Shown: one piece after another, positions 33,590 to 45,243 of the stretch
How the letters are laid out: each line of letters begins with the position of its first letter
How positions within the stretch are numbered: position 1 is the first letter of the stretch
Assembly: GCF_040938485.1 (NCBI RefSeq)
Contig: NW_027271348.1
Location: 310,001 to 374,000 of the forward strand
Source of the DNA: Diadema antillarum
Taxonomy: Eukaryota
DNA: 64,000 nucleotides
Direction of reading: 5' to 3'
Made by a program: the position numbers and the translations under genes
The notes under the pieces: generated by a model
Told to the model about the DNA's origin: nothing
The model's input: only the letters and a program-made list of their open reading frames with translations
Databases searched by the model: none

Positions 33590-36268
33590 CCACATACGAA
33601 TAAATGTATTTTTTGAGAATTTTTCAGGGATAGTTAATAGACATTTAGATGAATATATTCCCAGATTAAAAGAAAAGTCAGTTAATTATAAAACGTCCCC
33701 CAAATTACCATGGATTACAAAATCTCTTCTTCGTTCAATAAATAGGAAAAATAGGTTATATTATAAATTCAAAATGAAAAAAACTGAGAAGTTAATATAT
33801 AAATACACTTCGTATAAAAATATTTTAACGAAGATTATACGATTGGAAAAGAGAAAATATTATATGATTCAGTTAGAAAAATATAAACATGATATGAAAA
33901 ATACATGGAAGGTGTTGAAGCAGGCTATGAATATATCAAAAAAGAAATCAGAAATTATAAAAATAAGACATGATAATAAAGTTTTTGAAGATCCTAATGA
34001 TATAGTCAATATTTTTAACTCTTATTTTTCAATGATTGGAGAGAATTTGGCAGAAAAAATACCGCAGTCAAATATACATTTTTCTGAATTTTTAGGTCAA
34101 TCCAATTCCAGTTCTATTTTTTTTGTTCCAACAACAAAATATGAAATAATAGATATTGTTACCGCAATGAATAACAAGCGAAGTGCCGGTCATGACGATA
34201 TCAGTAATTTTATTTTAAAGGGGATTATATCTTCAATTGCAGACCCACTTTCATATATTTTCAATAAATCCTTATCAAGTGGTGTTTTTCCTGATTTTAT
34301 GAAAATAGCTAAGGTTTTCCCTTTATTTAAAAAAGGAGATGATTCTGATATATGTAATTATAGACCTATTTCTTTGCTTTCATCTTTATCTAAAATATTG
34401 GAAAAATTGATATTTACAAGAACAATTAATTTTTTGAATTTGCATAATGTTTTTACAAATTCTCAATTTGGGTTCCGTCAGAAACATAGCACCATTCATG
34501 CTCTTTTAAAGTTTATTGACCACGCTGCGCACACTATTGATAATCATTCTCATCTTATTGGTATCTTCCTGGACTTCTCCAAGGCCTTCGATACAATTAA
34601 TCATGAAATATTACTTTATAAACTGTCTCATTATGGAATACGCGGGAAGGCCTTGGAGTGGTTCAGGAGTTACCTACAAAACCGAAAACAATATGTATCT
34701 CTGAACGAGTACAGCTCGAGTTTAGAATTCATTAAATGTGGCGTCCCACAGGGTAGTTTATTAGGACCTTTACTTTTTATCATTTATATTAATGACTTTT
34801 GTAGATCATCTGACATACTCTCATCTATACTTTTTGCTGACGATTCAAATATTTTCTTTTCTCACCAAAATCCAGATACTCTTGTACGCATAGTTAATTC
34901 CGAATTGAAAAAAGTAACTCAGTGGATAAGAGCTAATAAATTATCTCTTAATCTTCAGAAAACTAAGTATATGTTTTTTAGTAATTCTTTAGAAGATTTA
35001 GACACAGGTATTGTTCTTGATAACACTTTGTTAGAACGAGTTCCTCATATAAAATTCCTTGGTATCACAGTGGATGATAAACTTTCGTGGAGGCCGCATA
35101 TTACTAACATTAGTACAATAATTTCACGCAATATTGGTATTATTAATAGACTCAAGTTTCATATTCCATTATCCTCTTTGTTGACGTTGTATTTTTCTCT
35201 AATTTTACCTTATCTTAATTACGGACTCCTAGCGTGGGGTAGTGCCCATCAAAACTTACTAGATAAATTACTTTTGTTACAAAAAAAGGTTATTCGTATT
35301 ATTTGTGGCGTCCCGCCACGTTCCCATACAGAGCCATTATTTATTAAACATGAGATTTTGAAAATTAAAGATTTGTATTTTTTTCAACTTGGTCAGTTTA
35401 TGTTTAATTACAATGTAAATGCACTTCCCAGTATTTTTAATTCAATGTTCCCACGGAACCAGTCTTTTCATGATTATCCCACTAGACAATCTAATGAGTT
35501 TCATTTACCCCTCCTGAGAACTTTATTGGCTCAGAATACATTTACATACACTGGTCCTAGATTTTGGAACTCACTGAGCTGTGAAATAAAATATTCCCCA
35601 TCTTTGTATTCTTTTAAGCGCAAGTTGAAACTTTTTTTTATTAAATCCTAACTGACATGTTTTTTTTCCATTAACAGCTATAGTTTTTGTTAACCTCAGA
35701 GTTCATCATCCACCATCCAAACACTGAATTTATTATTACGTAAAGAAGTAGCCATTACAATCCTTGCTCAGCTGCATGCAGCACCAACTCTATGAAGCAC
35801 ATTCTCTACCATCCTCTGTTCCATTTCCCTTATTCAGCGTGTAGGTATTCTCTCATTCTCTCTTTTCTTCTTTCTTTCCTTCCATACTTTTCATCTATTC
35901 TGGCAAGTTGTGTCATGTTGTTGCGTTTCTTCTGTTTTGTCCCGTCCTGTCGTATATTATATTCGTCACAAGTGTTTGTAAATAAGTAATTTATAGGTTT
36001 TATGAGTGGTTCACAATCTACAAGCTTTGCTTTTTAGTGGACCTCTCTATTCTTTCTTCCTTTTTTTTTCAACTAAAGCATGACTTTGTATTATTTTTTT
36101 TTTGCCAGTATGCGCTCCTATGTTTATTGATACCATTTATTGATTAAGACAAATGTTCTTTGTTTATGATGTAAAACCTGATTTATCTTGTGTTATGTTT
36201 TTGTTGAAAAAGAAAAAAGAAGAAGAATGAAAATAAATGAATTGAATTGAATTGAAATTGAATTGAAA
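33590..36268 (+). mobile_element. 5'-truncated CR1-group LINE, copy 2 (same lineage as copy 1)
   Basis: Shares long near-identical stretches with copy 1 (e.g. tggacttctccaaggccttcga; gggaaggccttggagtggttca) and the same (TTGAA)n tail. Confidence 0.93.
33774..35651 (+). CDS. Uninterrupted C-terminal ORF2 (reverse transcriptase), 625 aa, of CR1-group copy 2; lacks the endonuclease domain
   Basis: ORF track: NYRPISLLSSLSKILEK, QFGFR, FLDFSKAFDTINH, GVPQGSLLGP, ILFADD, IKFLG; no stops over 1.9 kb. Confidence 0.85.
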   Translation: MKKTEKLIYKYTSYKNILTKIIRLEKRKYYMIQLEKYKHDMKNTWKVLKQAMNISKKKSEIIKIRHDNKVFEDPNDIVNIFNSYFSMIGENLAEKIPQSNIHFSEFLGQSNSSSIFFVPTTKYEIIDIVTAMNNKRSAGHDDISNFILKGIISSIADPLSYIFNKSLSSGVFPDFMKIAKVFPLFKKGDDSDICNYRPISLLSSLSKILEKLIFTRTINFLNLHNVFTNSQFGFRQKHSTIHALLKFIDHAAHTIDNHSHLIGIFLDFSKAFDTINHEILLYKLSHYGIRGKALEWFRSYLQNRKQYVSLNEYSSSLEFIKCGVPQGSLLGPLLFIIYINDFCRSSDILSSILFADDSNIFFSHQNPDTLVRIVNSELKKVTQWIRANKLSLNLQKTKYMFFSNSLEDLDTGIVLDNTLLERVPHIKFLGITVDDKLSWRPHITNISTIISRNIGIINRLKFHIPLSSLLTLYFSLILPYLNYGLLAWGSAHQNLLDKLLLLQKKVIRIICGVPPRSHTEPLFIKHEILKIKDLYFFQLGQFMFNYNVNALPSIFNSMFPRNQSFHDYPTRQSNEFHLPLLRTLLAQNTFTYTGPRFWNSLSCEIKYSPSLYSFKRKLKLFFIKS

Positions 36269-36299
36269 ATGGATAAAATCTAATTAAATGTGAATCAAT

Positions 36300-36530
36300 A
36301 ATGATGACATTATACAATGTGAACAACCAATTCAAAAAGTTGTACTCGAACTATTATGTTTTTGTTGTTTCTTGTGTATGTGATGTAATGTATTTTTTTT
36401 AGGCAGCTCACCAAAAGCTCTGCTTTTTTTAGGTTCTGCCTTCCTTGTACAATCTTATGTATGTGATATACAACATGAAAAAGAGGGAAAATAAATGTTT
36501 TACAAACTTGAAACTTGAAACTTGATCTAA
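36300..36530 (+). mobile_element. Isolated 3' tail of another CR1-group LINE
   Basis: aagctctgcttttttagg loop motif as in copies 1 and 2, AATAAA, (AACTTGA)3 tail. Confidence 0.55.
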
Positions 36531-36614
36531 AATATTCATTGTTTTGACGCTGCATCTGCTGAATAGTAAGGGGGATGGATGGTAATCTGCTAGACAATCC
36601 GCAGAAAAGAGACT

Positions 36615-37165
36615 GAGATACGTAGTTCTGCCTGATAAACCACGTGTTTATCAGCCAGAACTGCGTATCTCTAGGAGATACGCAGTTTTTGCTGATGATA
36701 AGCACGTGGTTAACCACGAAAAGAGATACGTAGTTCTGCCTGATGAAACACGTGCGTATCAGGCAGAACTGCGTATGTATCTCCTAGAGATACGCAGTTC
36801 TGCCTGAAACCCCCCCCCCCCCCCGCATGGCCAAAGACTACACAGCTCTGGCTGATCAACCCGCGCACGTGATCAGAGATATGCAATTCTGCCAGGTTAC
36901 GATCGCTGAAATTTGGCTGCGATTAATCTGGCAGAACTGCGTAAGTTTTTTAAATTGTTTATTATTAGTACTTACTAAAGGTCAAATTGTGATTTTGTTG
37001 TTGTTGTTGGTAATTAATTCTTTAGACCAATTATGACCAAGAAAAGAAGAAAAATGCAACTCATTGTATCCCAGTTTAGAAAGGTGTAACAATGAATCTT
37101 TTAAGCCGATTTCTTGCGTAATGGGTTAAAGGAGATACGCAGTTCTGCCAGATTACGGCCGCTGG
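36615..37165. repeat. Cluster of palindromic gagatacg(c/t)agttctgcc motifs, probably the terminal region of a non-autonomous DNA transposon
   Basis: 57-bp near-perfect palindrome at 36615-36671 centred on CACGTG, a second at ~36723-36776, and further half-sites to 37159. Confidence 0.7.
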
Positions 37166-38199
37166 ACACCGCTTACCTGACATTCCAAAAGGAAAAGGGA
37201 CCGAGAAGCTGTAGGTTTGCAAACATTGCTGTTGCTTTAATTAACAACCGGTAGGACAGAATAGATTTTTTTTTTTTAATTTGACTCGAATAGTAGTAAA
37301 GGTATGTTGACATCAAAGAGTAGCAAGTACACCGCACGGTGTTCCCGAAAGTAGTTCGTTATGATGCTTTTTGAGTGCGTAATGCTCCGAAAAATATTTA
37401 AGCCAGAAAGAAAACTGGTCTGACAGTGAGGTTAGGTTGCTTGTTACACGCCAAAAGTGAAACCGGTTGAGTAAAAGAAATGGCAATAAGGTTCTTATTC
37501 GTAACGATAATTCCTGTTTATGGTGTAATTGTTCCGGTGTTCATTTTTTAGTCCGATACTCGCAATGATTACGATATATGATAATTTGACATACATATAT
37601 CGGTATGCATACATACGATATACATCAGGATTGATAAAGAGATGATGTGAATCGATTGAGAAATTAATGTTAAAAGAACGTAAGGTTTGTGTGAAATTAG
37701 GATTTGAACACCAGAAACAAAATAGATATAGTGTAAAGTATGCATGTGGAGTTAATAACAGAAGCTGGTAAGAACTGATTGTTCATCGAGAGATTTGTAC
37801 TGCTAGTAGTTTGATTCGATAGCTGGACATTTAGTAACCGCCCCATTAATAGTGTGACGTTTCGATTAATTGGAGAGGTTACACTCATGCGTTGCTAACA
37901 CATCGCTTATGTATTCCACTGAACGGCAATTTGTGGCAAAAGGACTTGAAATGTGACACAAATGTATTTTTCTTTCGTAAGAGAGAATTAAGTGAAGATG
38001 ATATATGAAAGCTGAGGAAAACGATAAATTTGGATGAGAAAGTTTGGTTTTATTCTATATGCATAAGTGCAAGGGTAGACAATAATTTTATATTAGGAGT
38101 TTAGAATTAGAAGTCCCAATAAGAGTTGTATTATGACAAGGGATTTGTTGCCATATTCTGTAGCCGTTATCCATGCACTGAGTATCCGAGACACAGCCA

Positions 38200-38480
38200 C
38201 AATCGGATGCTGTCCAGTCATCCAGTTATCACACACCCAGCTGTAGAGACAGGCAGACACCCGCGAACCGGACAGCTACCAGCGACTCCCGACCGTGTGT
38301 ATCCGGCCACGCTGTGCTGCCACACCTAAAAAGGGCGCCGCGACAGACTGCCAGGAACAGGCATCAGCCACCCCGCGAGAACCGGCTATCCGACGCCAGC
38401 ATCCGGCTTCGCCCGAGCTGCAGTCATCGAGCGGTTACCGACATCACGGAATTGCATCTAATATGTTCATTGGGGGATCT
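38200..38480 (+). mobile_element. Possible decayed Gypsy integrase C-terminal remnant
   Basis: GC-rich; with frameshifts it gives VET..RRNRRQL-like text followed by a Pro/Ser/Arg-rich tail. Weak. Confidence 0.3.
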
Positions 38481-38769
38481 CAATGGTAAAAATGCACGTG
38501 CTTAGGGATTTACTCAGAATATAGGAAATTGTGAGGCGATTTGTTTGTGTTTGTGTTTTTTCTACCCGAAAGAACATTTTCGGTGAGATTGTACTACGAT
38601 CCAGGAGCACACCATCCCACATTGCACCGACCATGCTCAAATAAAAAAGTCGGATGACACGTATTTAGTTTGACACCGTGATTCACTGTGTTCAGTTTAT
38701 TATTACGGTCGTCCTCCGAGAAACCCTTTGACACATATGTATTGACACTTATATAGAGGGCGCCATCAA

Positions 38770-41700
38770 CGACGTAACACATCTTCTGAATCGCTGCCTC
38801 ATTTAGTTGATAAAATTTCTGCAATTTAGCGAGTTCCTGACATTTTCATCATAGTATTACTGAACTGTTGCTACCAATATCCTGGCTCGTTTTCCTGGAT
38901 GATATCCCGTTCTTGGAAATGGCCCCCAGGAACAGTGGCAAGTCTGCCAAAAAGAAGGCAGAAAACGCCGAAGACATCAACGCGCCCCAGTCGATGGACC
39001 CTGGGCAAGCTTCCCCGTTGACGAATTTCGGTGAAGCTGCGGCCACTGCTGCTGGTCATTCGAGCGTTGTGCCTTCTGGCCTTTCTATGGAAGAGTTCAA
39101 TGGCACCCTTCAAAAACGCATCGTGGAAGCATTGTCTACTGCTGAAGTAGTAGACGTCATCGGACGCCATCTTGGAATCTGTTACGCAGCGAGTGTATGC
39201 GTCACTGGACCATGACCTCCAGGCAAAACTCAAAATGATCCAGGACCTCGAAAAACACATCGGTAATCTCGAGCACAAGCTGTCCAAAGTTACTGATGAG
39301 ATGAAAGAACTTGAACTCTACAGTCGTCGGAACTGTTTGAGGATCTACGGACTTGCCGAGTCCGCAAACGAGGACACCGATGCAGTTGTCATGGATCTCG
39401 TCAACCAAAAGCTAGGGATCGAACTCACCCCAGAAGACATCGATCGTTCACATCGTCTCCAGGTCAAGCACACAGAGGAATGTCGTGGTCCCAACCCCCT
39501 GCTCGTCAAGTTCACGAGAAACAACATAAGTGACAAGATCTACCGTGCTCGAAGCACGCTGCGAGGGACCAGTATTTTCGTCAACGAACATCTCACGAGA
39601 GACTCGTCAAGCCCTGTTCGGCAAAGTTCGGAGCAGTCGAAGCGTAAGAAAGGCATGGACAAGGGACACAACAGACAACAGGAAGGTGAAAGTCAACAGT
39701 TAGCGTGATCTTGAAAACCTCTAGCTCAGTTTTATCACCACTGAATATCGCAAACAGCGTGATCATCTGTTATGTTACACAAGTTCCCATGTATTCAATG
39801 TTCGATGCTTGCAAAATCTAGTCACAACGCTATATTATGTGTTTCATGCCACAACTTGATTCATCTCTCATGCTCAAACGTGGACGACGATTTCTTTCAT
39901 TCAACAGCTGACTGGTTTTGTAGTAAGTGCATCTTCACCGAATTGCCTTTCAATAACTTGCCTGAGCCAAATGAACCCATGCAGACAACATTGTCCTCAG
40001 TGACTAACACATTTCAATATGACGACTGCGAGACAATCTTTCGCAATCTCAAATCACACCGTGGTTTAAAACTTTGTCATTTAAGTGTGTGTTCTCTCAT
40101 GAAGAACTTAGAAGAAATAGAAAATTTACTGATTAATAACCATTTTGATATGTTCACTTTGTGTGAGACTAGACTTGATGGGTCTATATCTGATACTGAG
40201 ATAGAGATAGCCGGTTATAATGTAATACGTCGTGATAGGAATAGACAAGGAGGAGGTATAACTAATATATGCTACGAGATTCAATAGCATATACGATTTA
40301 TACAGAAATTGTTTGTGATATCGAGCTTCTATGTATAAATGTTACCTTTAAAAGGCAGAAGCCACTGTGTATTGTGGTGTGGTATAGGCCCCCAGATGCT
40401 CCAGTGAAATGTTTTGAAGAATTTGAAAATACTCTTCAGTGTTTAGATGCTAAATCTTTTGATTATATTGTGATCGGTGATTTGAATTGTGATGTGACGA
40501 AGCCTGTGTTATCTAATCATACTAGGAAGCCGTTAAACATCGTCTCAGATTATGGTCTGAAACAATTTGTAACAAAGCCCACTAGAATTACACCACTGTC
40601 TGCCACAACCATTGACTTACTGTTTTTCATCTAACCATGAACATATACAGTATTGTGACGTAGCACCGAATCACACTCAGTGATCATTATATGGTGGTAT
40701 CAGCTATTGGTAGAGTGAAAACAGCCACCTCAAATCATAAAAATGTCAACTTTCGCAATTTAACAAATCTGGATTTTCACACATTTTGTAATGAGCTACG
40801 CAGTGAATGTTGGGATGAAGTGTTTTGTGAAGTAGACACCAATACCGCCTATGAGATGATGGTTTCTAAATATTGTGAACATATTAGATAAATTTGCCCC
40901 AATGAAACGCAGAAGGGGTTAAGCACAAATCAGCCCATGGATGAATGATGACATTAAGTCGCTTATGTTTGAAAGAGATAAAAGTAAAAAGACGGCACTA
41001 AAGACTAAACAGATATCCGATTGGAATAAATATAAGCAATTGAGAAATCTGTAACTTGTTTGATTCGTAAATGTAGAAGAAAATATATAAATGAAAGCAT
41101 TTTGAAAAATAAGGGTGACTCGTCCGTTCTCTGGAAGATTCTTCATACACTGTTACCTAAGAGAAAGGGACACGTATTGCATCATGTCAAATGCGAAGGA
41201 AAGGACGTTCACAACTACAAAGATATAGCCAATGTTATGAATAACTTGTTTGTGGATGCGCCAAAACGTCTTAAGTCTAGTTTGCCGAAAGAAGATTATC
41301 GCAGGTCCGCTCAGTACATCAAACATAGTAACCTGCAAATTTTCATTTGATCCTGTCACCGAATGTGAAATCATGAAATCTTTTGATACAATTCCGAGAA
41401 ATAAGGCAGCTGGTTTAGATAATTTATCAACAAGTGTGTTTGAAAGATACTCTGCCTGTGATTGTGAAACCGTTATGTCATGTACTAAATTTGTCTCTGG
41501 CTCAGGGTAGAATACCAGAAGCCCTGGAAACTAGCTCGAGTTTCGCCAATTTTCAAAGGAGGCGACGTAACCGACCCACAAAGTTATCGACCCATCTCGG
41601 TCCTTCCAGTCCTTTCAAAAGTCGTCGAGGAGGTCGTTTTTAAGCAATTATACAATTATTTCAATGAAAATAATCTTTTAACAAATAATCAATTTGGATT

Positions 41701-43210
41701 TCGCCCTAATTATTCAACTTTGCTTGCTCTTGTAACAATTACAGAAAAAATCCGGAAGGCTTTAGATGAAGGGCGTGCAGTTGCACTCGTTACACTTGAC
41801 TTGAAAAAAGCCTTCGATTTAATACCTCATGATGTGATAATTGAGAAGCTGCGAAAATACGGTGTAGAATCCGACAGTTTAGCCTGGTTCAAAGATTATT
41901 TGGCGTTTAGGAAGCAAGTCACAGTTGTTAACGGAAATATGTCTGAACAATGTCTCGTTACGTGCGGCGTTCCCCAGGGAAGTATCCTCGGACCGCTTCT
42001 GTTCGTGATAACTATTAATGACATTGTTGAAGTTGTACAACATTGTACTGTCTCTTTGTATGCTGATGACACTTGCCTTTACTACGCAGCAAACAATCCC
42101 CATGACTTAGAAAAGTGTGTAAACCATGACTTAAGGGCGATCACGAACTGGCTCAGGTACAATGGACTACTGCTAAACGAAAAAAAGTATGAATACATGA
42201 TTGTCACACCCATGCGGAAAAAAACAGCTCTTTGATAACGTTAAGGTTACGGTTAATGATTTTTGCGTACAACAAAGAAACTCCTGTAAGTATTTAGGTG
42301 TGACCCTAAACGACACTCTGACGTGGAACAATCACATTGCGAATGTAAAGGCCAAACTCTCTTCTGCTTTGTACTGCTTCAAGAGAATAAGGCCATATAT
42401 TCCGCAAGACACCGCCCTTATTTTTTATACAAAGGGTTAATTCAGCCCCATTTGGACTACTGTTCAATTGTGTGGAGGAACGCCGGTAAACGTCTAATAA
42501 ATCAAATAACTGTTTTGCAAAAAAGGGCTCTCCGCACCATTTTATTAGTAAATTATCGTTTCAGTAGTCGAGCGTTATATGAATTATCTGGAGTGGAAGC
42601 AATTAGTAATCGCTGGGAAAAACACGCCGCAATATTCATTTTCAGATTATAACATCATTTACTGCCATCATTTATCTGTCAAAAAAGAGTTATCAAAAGA
42701 GATAGATATCATTTACGCAATTCACGCAATATTATCACACTTCCAAAGCCTATAACAAATTTCATGAAATTTGAATGCATTTATTCCAGTGTTAAGATAT
42801 CAAATAACCTCCCCGAAAATGTAGGAATGAGAAGTAATTTGAAAGCTTTTGAAAGAATGTTAGAGTATGTGTTATAGTGTGGATTTCATAACTATGTTTG
42901 AGCTAAATTGTCTGAATTAACGTGAACCTGTTTGTGTCACCCTCTTTTGTAGCGTTTGTGTTAAGTGGTTACATCTATATTCCTTTTTTTCTTGGTATCT
43001 AGTTTCTGCTATGTTGTAATGTATTTCATTTTGTTATGCTTGTTTTTTTTGTTTTTATTGTTAATTTGCTTTAATTGATTTGTTAACTGTTGCATTGTTT
43101 TTGTTGTTGCTGTAACACTGTATTCACGGCCTCTCTGAAAAACAGCCTCACCTGGCTGATCGAGGGCATTTTAACCCATGATTAAACAAAATAAAACAAA
43201 ACAAACACAC
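38770..43210 (+). mobile_element. Near full-length but decayed CR1-group LINE (ORF1 coiled-coil/RRM type; ORF2 PHD-endonuclease-RT)
   Basis: ORF1 from ATG 38919: ELYSRRNCLRIYGL.E, IDRSHRL, PLLVKF. ORF2 from 39772: C4HC3 PHD, LCETRL, RRDRNRQGGG, WYRPP, IGDLN, DLKKAFD, GVPQGSILGP, LYADD. Tail ggcctctctgaaaaacagcc...AATAAA(ACAAA)n. The 5' boundary is approximate. Confidence 0.9.
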
Positions 43211-44091
43211 AAACATATCTTGTCGCTCCCTTGAACGAGAATTCGCGAGATTTTGCGAAGAAAGAGGAAAAGGCCTACAAATTGTGAAGTCAAAACAGAG
43301 TGTGCGTACAAGGACATGGAAGGATGGTAGGGTGATTTGATCTCCTGATAAACGCTCTTTTGTTTGATGTTTTTTAAGGTCTTCTAGTAAGCAATGAAGT
43401 TTGAGCAATTTTAAGACTTTTTGTTGTCCTGGATTTAATTGATTTTCTTCTTATTCTTTTTTATTTTTGTTCGTAAGTTGGCCTTGACGAAAAGCAAAGC
43501 TGTTAAAAAATGTGAAAAAAAGGTTAGTGTCGCATGGTTTAGAAGGGATTTCAATAGGTTCAAAGTGCGACAGAAATTACAAAGTTTACCAGAAGTTCCT
43601 CGAATATATTTTGTACATGTGGTGGGAAATATACATACATATATATATATATATATGCTTTTTTTTTTTGACTGGCGCCCTGTTCTTTCATCTCACATTC
43701 ATTTTATGTTTGTTTCACGTATCTGTTCGTGTATTACGTGCCCATCTTTAATAAAGCGTTTCTTTTCAAAGATTTGACAGTGATTAATCTAATATCTGTA
43801 TGCCTATGTAAACGGATGTAGGGCCTAAATACATGTACAAGTACCTGCATTACTCCCTTCAACATTTTGTGTGGTATCTCTCGATGTGAGTTTAGTTCCC
43901 TGTAGGTATCATGGCAATGATTTGACCTTGTTACATTTGTACATGTGCTAAGGTAGGTGTATTTTATAACATGTACAGATTTGATTTGACTTGTTATTTT
44001 GTTTTCAATTACCAATGACATCACTTGTTTGTGCAGGTCTTGTGGATGAAGTACGACTTGGATATCAGCTCAGCGATTCGAATTTGAAAAT

Positions 44092-45243
44092 GAATAAGTT
44101 GGACTTGTTCGCATTGCGATTTTTACAATGGTTATTTTGATGATTACACTTCACAGTGAATGCCATGGAGCAATTATTTTTCTTTTTTTTAATAAAACAC
44201 AAGTTCAATCTAGATTTTATATTAGCATAAATCATTTCCCATTGACAATGTCGATATACATAATTGTGTTGCCCCTTTTTTGAGGGGAGGAAGTTCATTG
44301 AAGCAAGGTTGAACCCAGGTCAACATGCGCCAGCCAATCACCGAACCAAAAGTTGCTATATTCCTGCAGAATATATACAGACGATTCATTTGAACACAAG
44401 ATCACAGTATTTTGCGACCCTGAACATAAAACTCTTCAATTTTTTTTTTCACCACATACTTCGTACCATAATTACGTTAATGTCTATCCAAAAAATTAGA
44501 ACTGATTTTGCCTTCATGAGAATGAGCTATTTTTCTACTTTTAGCTGATATCCGTTTGCTTAGGTTTTTACTTTGCCTATTGCAATAACAAGCTGTGAAA
44601 TGGCAAGGTGTTGTAGCTCATTATGTATTCGTATGACCGTTTGGCGTGCATACGAGTACGATAAATGCGAATAAGTTGGACTTGTTCGCATTGCGATTTT
44701 TACAATGGTTATTTTGATGATTACACTTCACAGTGAATGTCATGGAGCAAATATTTTTCTTTTTTTAATAAAAAACACAAGTACAATCTAGATTTTATAT
44801 TAGCATAAATCATTTTCCTATTGACAATGCCAATATACATAATTGTGTTGCCCCTTTTTTGAGGGAAGTTCATTGAAGCAAGGTTGAACCCAGGTCAACA
44901 TGCGCCAGCCAATCACCGAACCAAAAGTTGATATATTTCAGCAGAATATATACAGACGATTCATTTGAGCACAAGATCACAGTATTTTGCGACCCTGAAC
45001 ATAAAACTCTTCAATTTTTTTTCACCACATACTTCGTACTATAATTACGTTAATGTATATCCAAAAAATTAGAACTGATTTTGCCTTCATGAGAATGAGC
45101 TATTTTTCTACTTTTAGATGATATCCGTTTGCTTAGGTTTTTACTTTGCCTATTGCAATAATAAGCTGTGAAATGGCAAGGTGTTGTAGCACATTATGTA
45201 TTCGTATGACCGTTTGGCGTGCATACGAGTACGATAAATGCGA
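44092..45243. repeat. Tandem direct duplication, 577-bp period, two nearly identical copies
   Basis: gaataagttggacttgttcgc starts at 44092 and 44669; both copies end gagtacgataaatgcga; GA microhomology at the junction. Confidence 0.95.
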
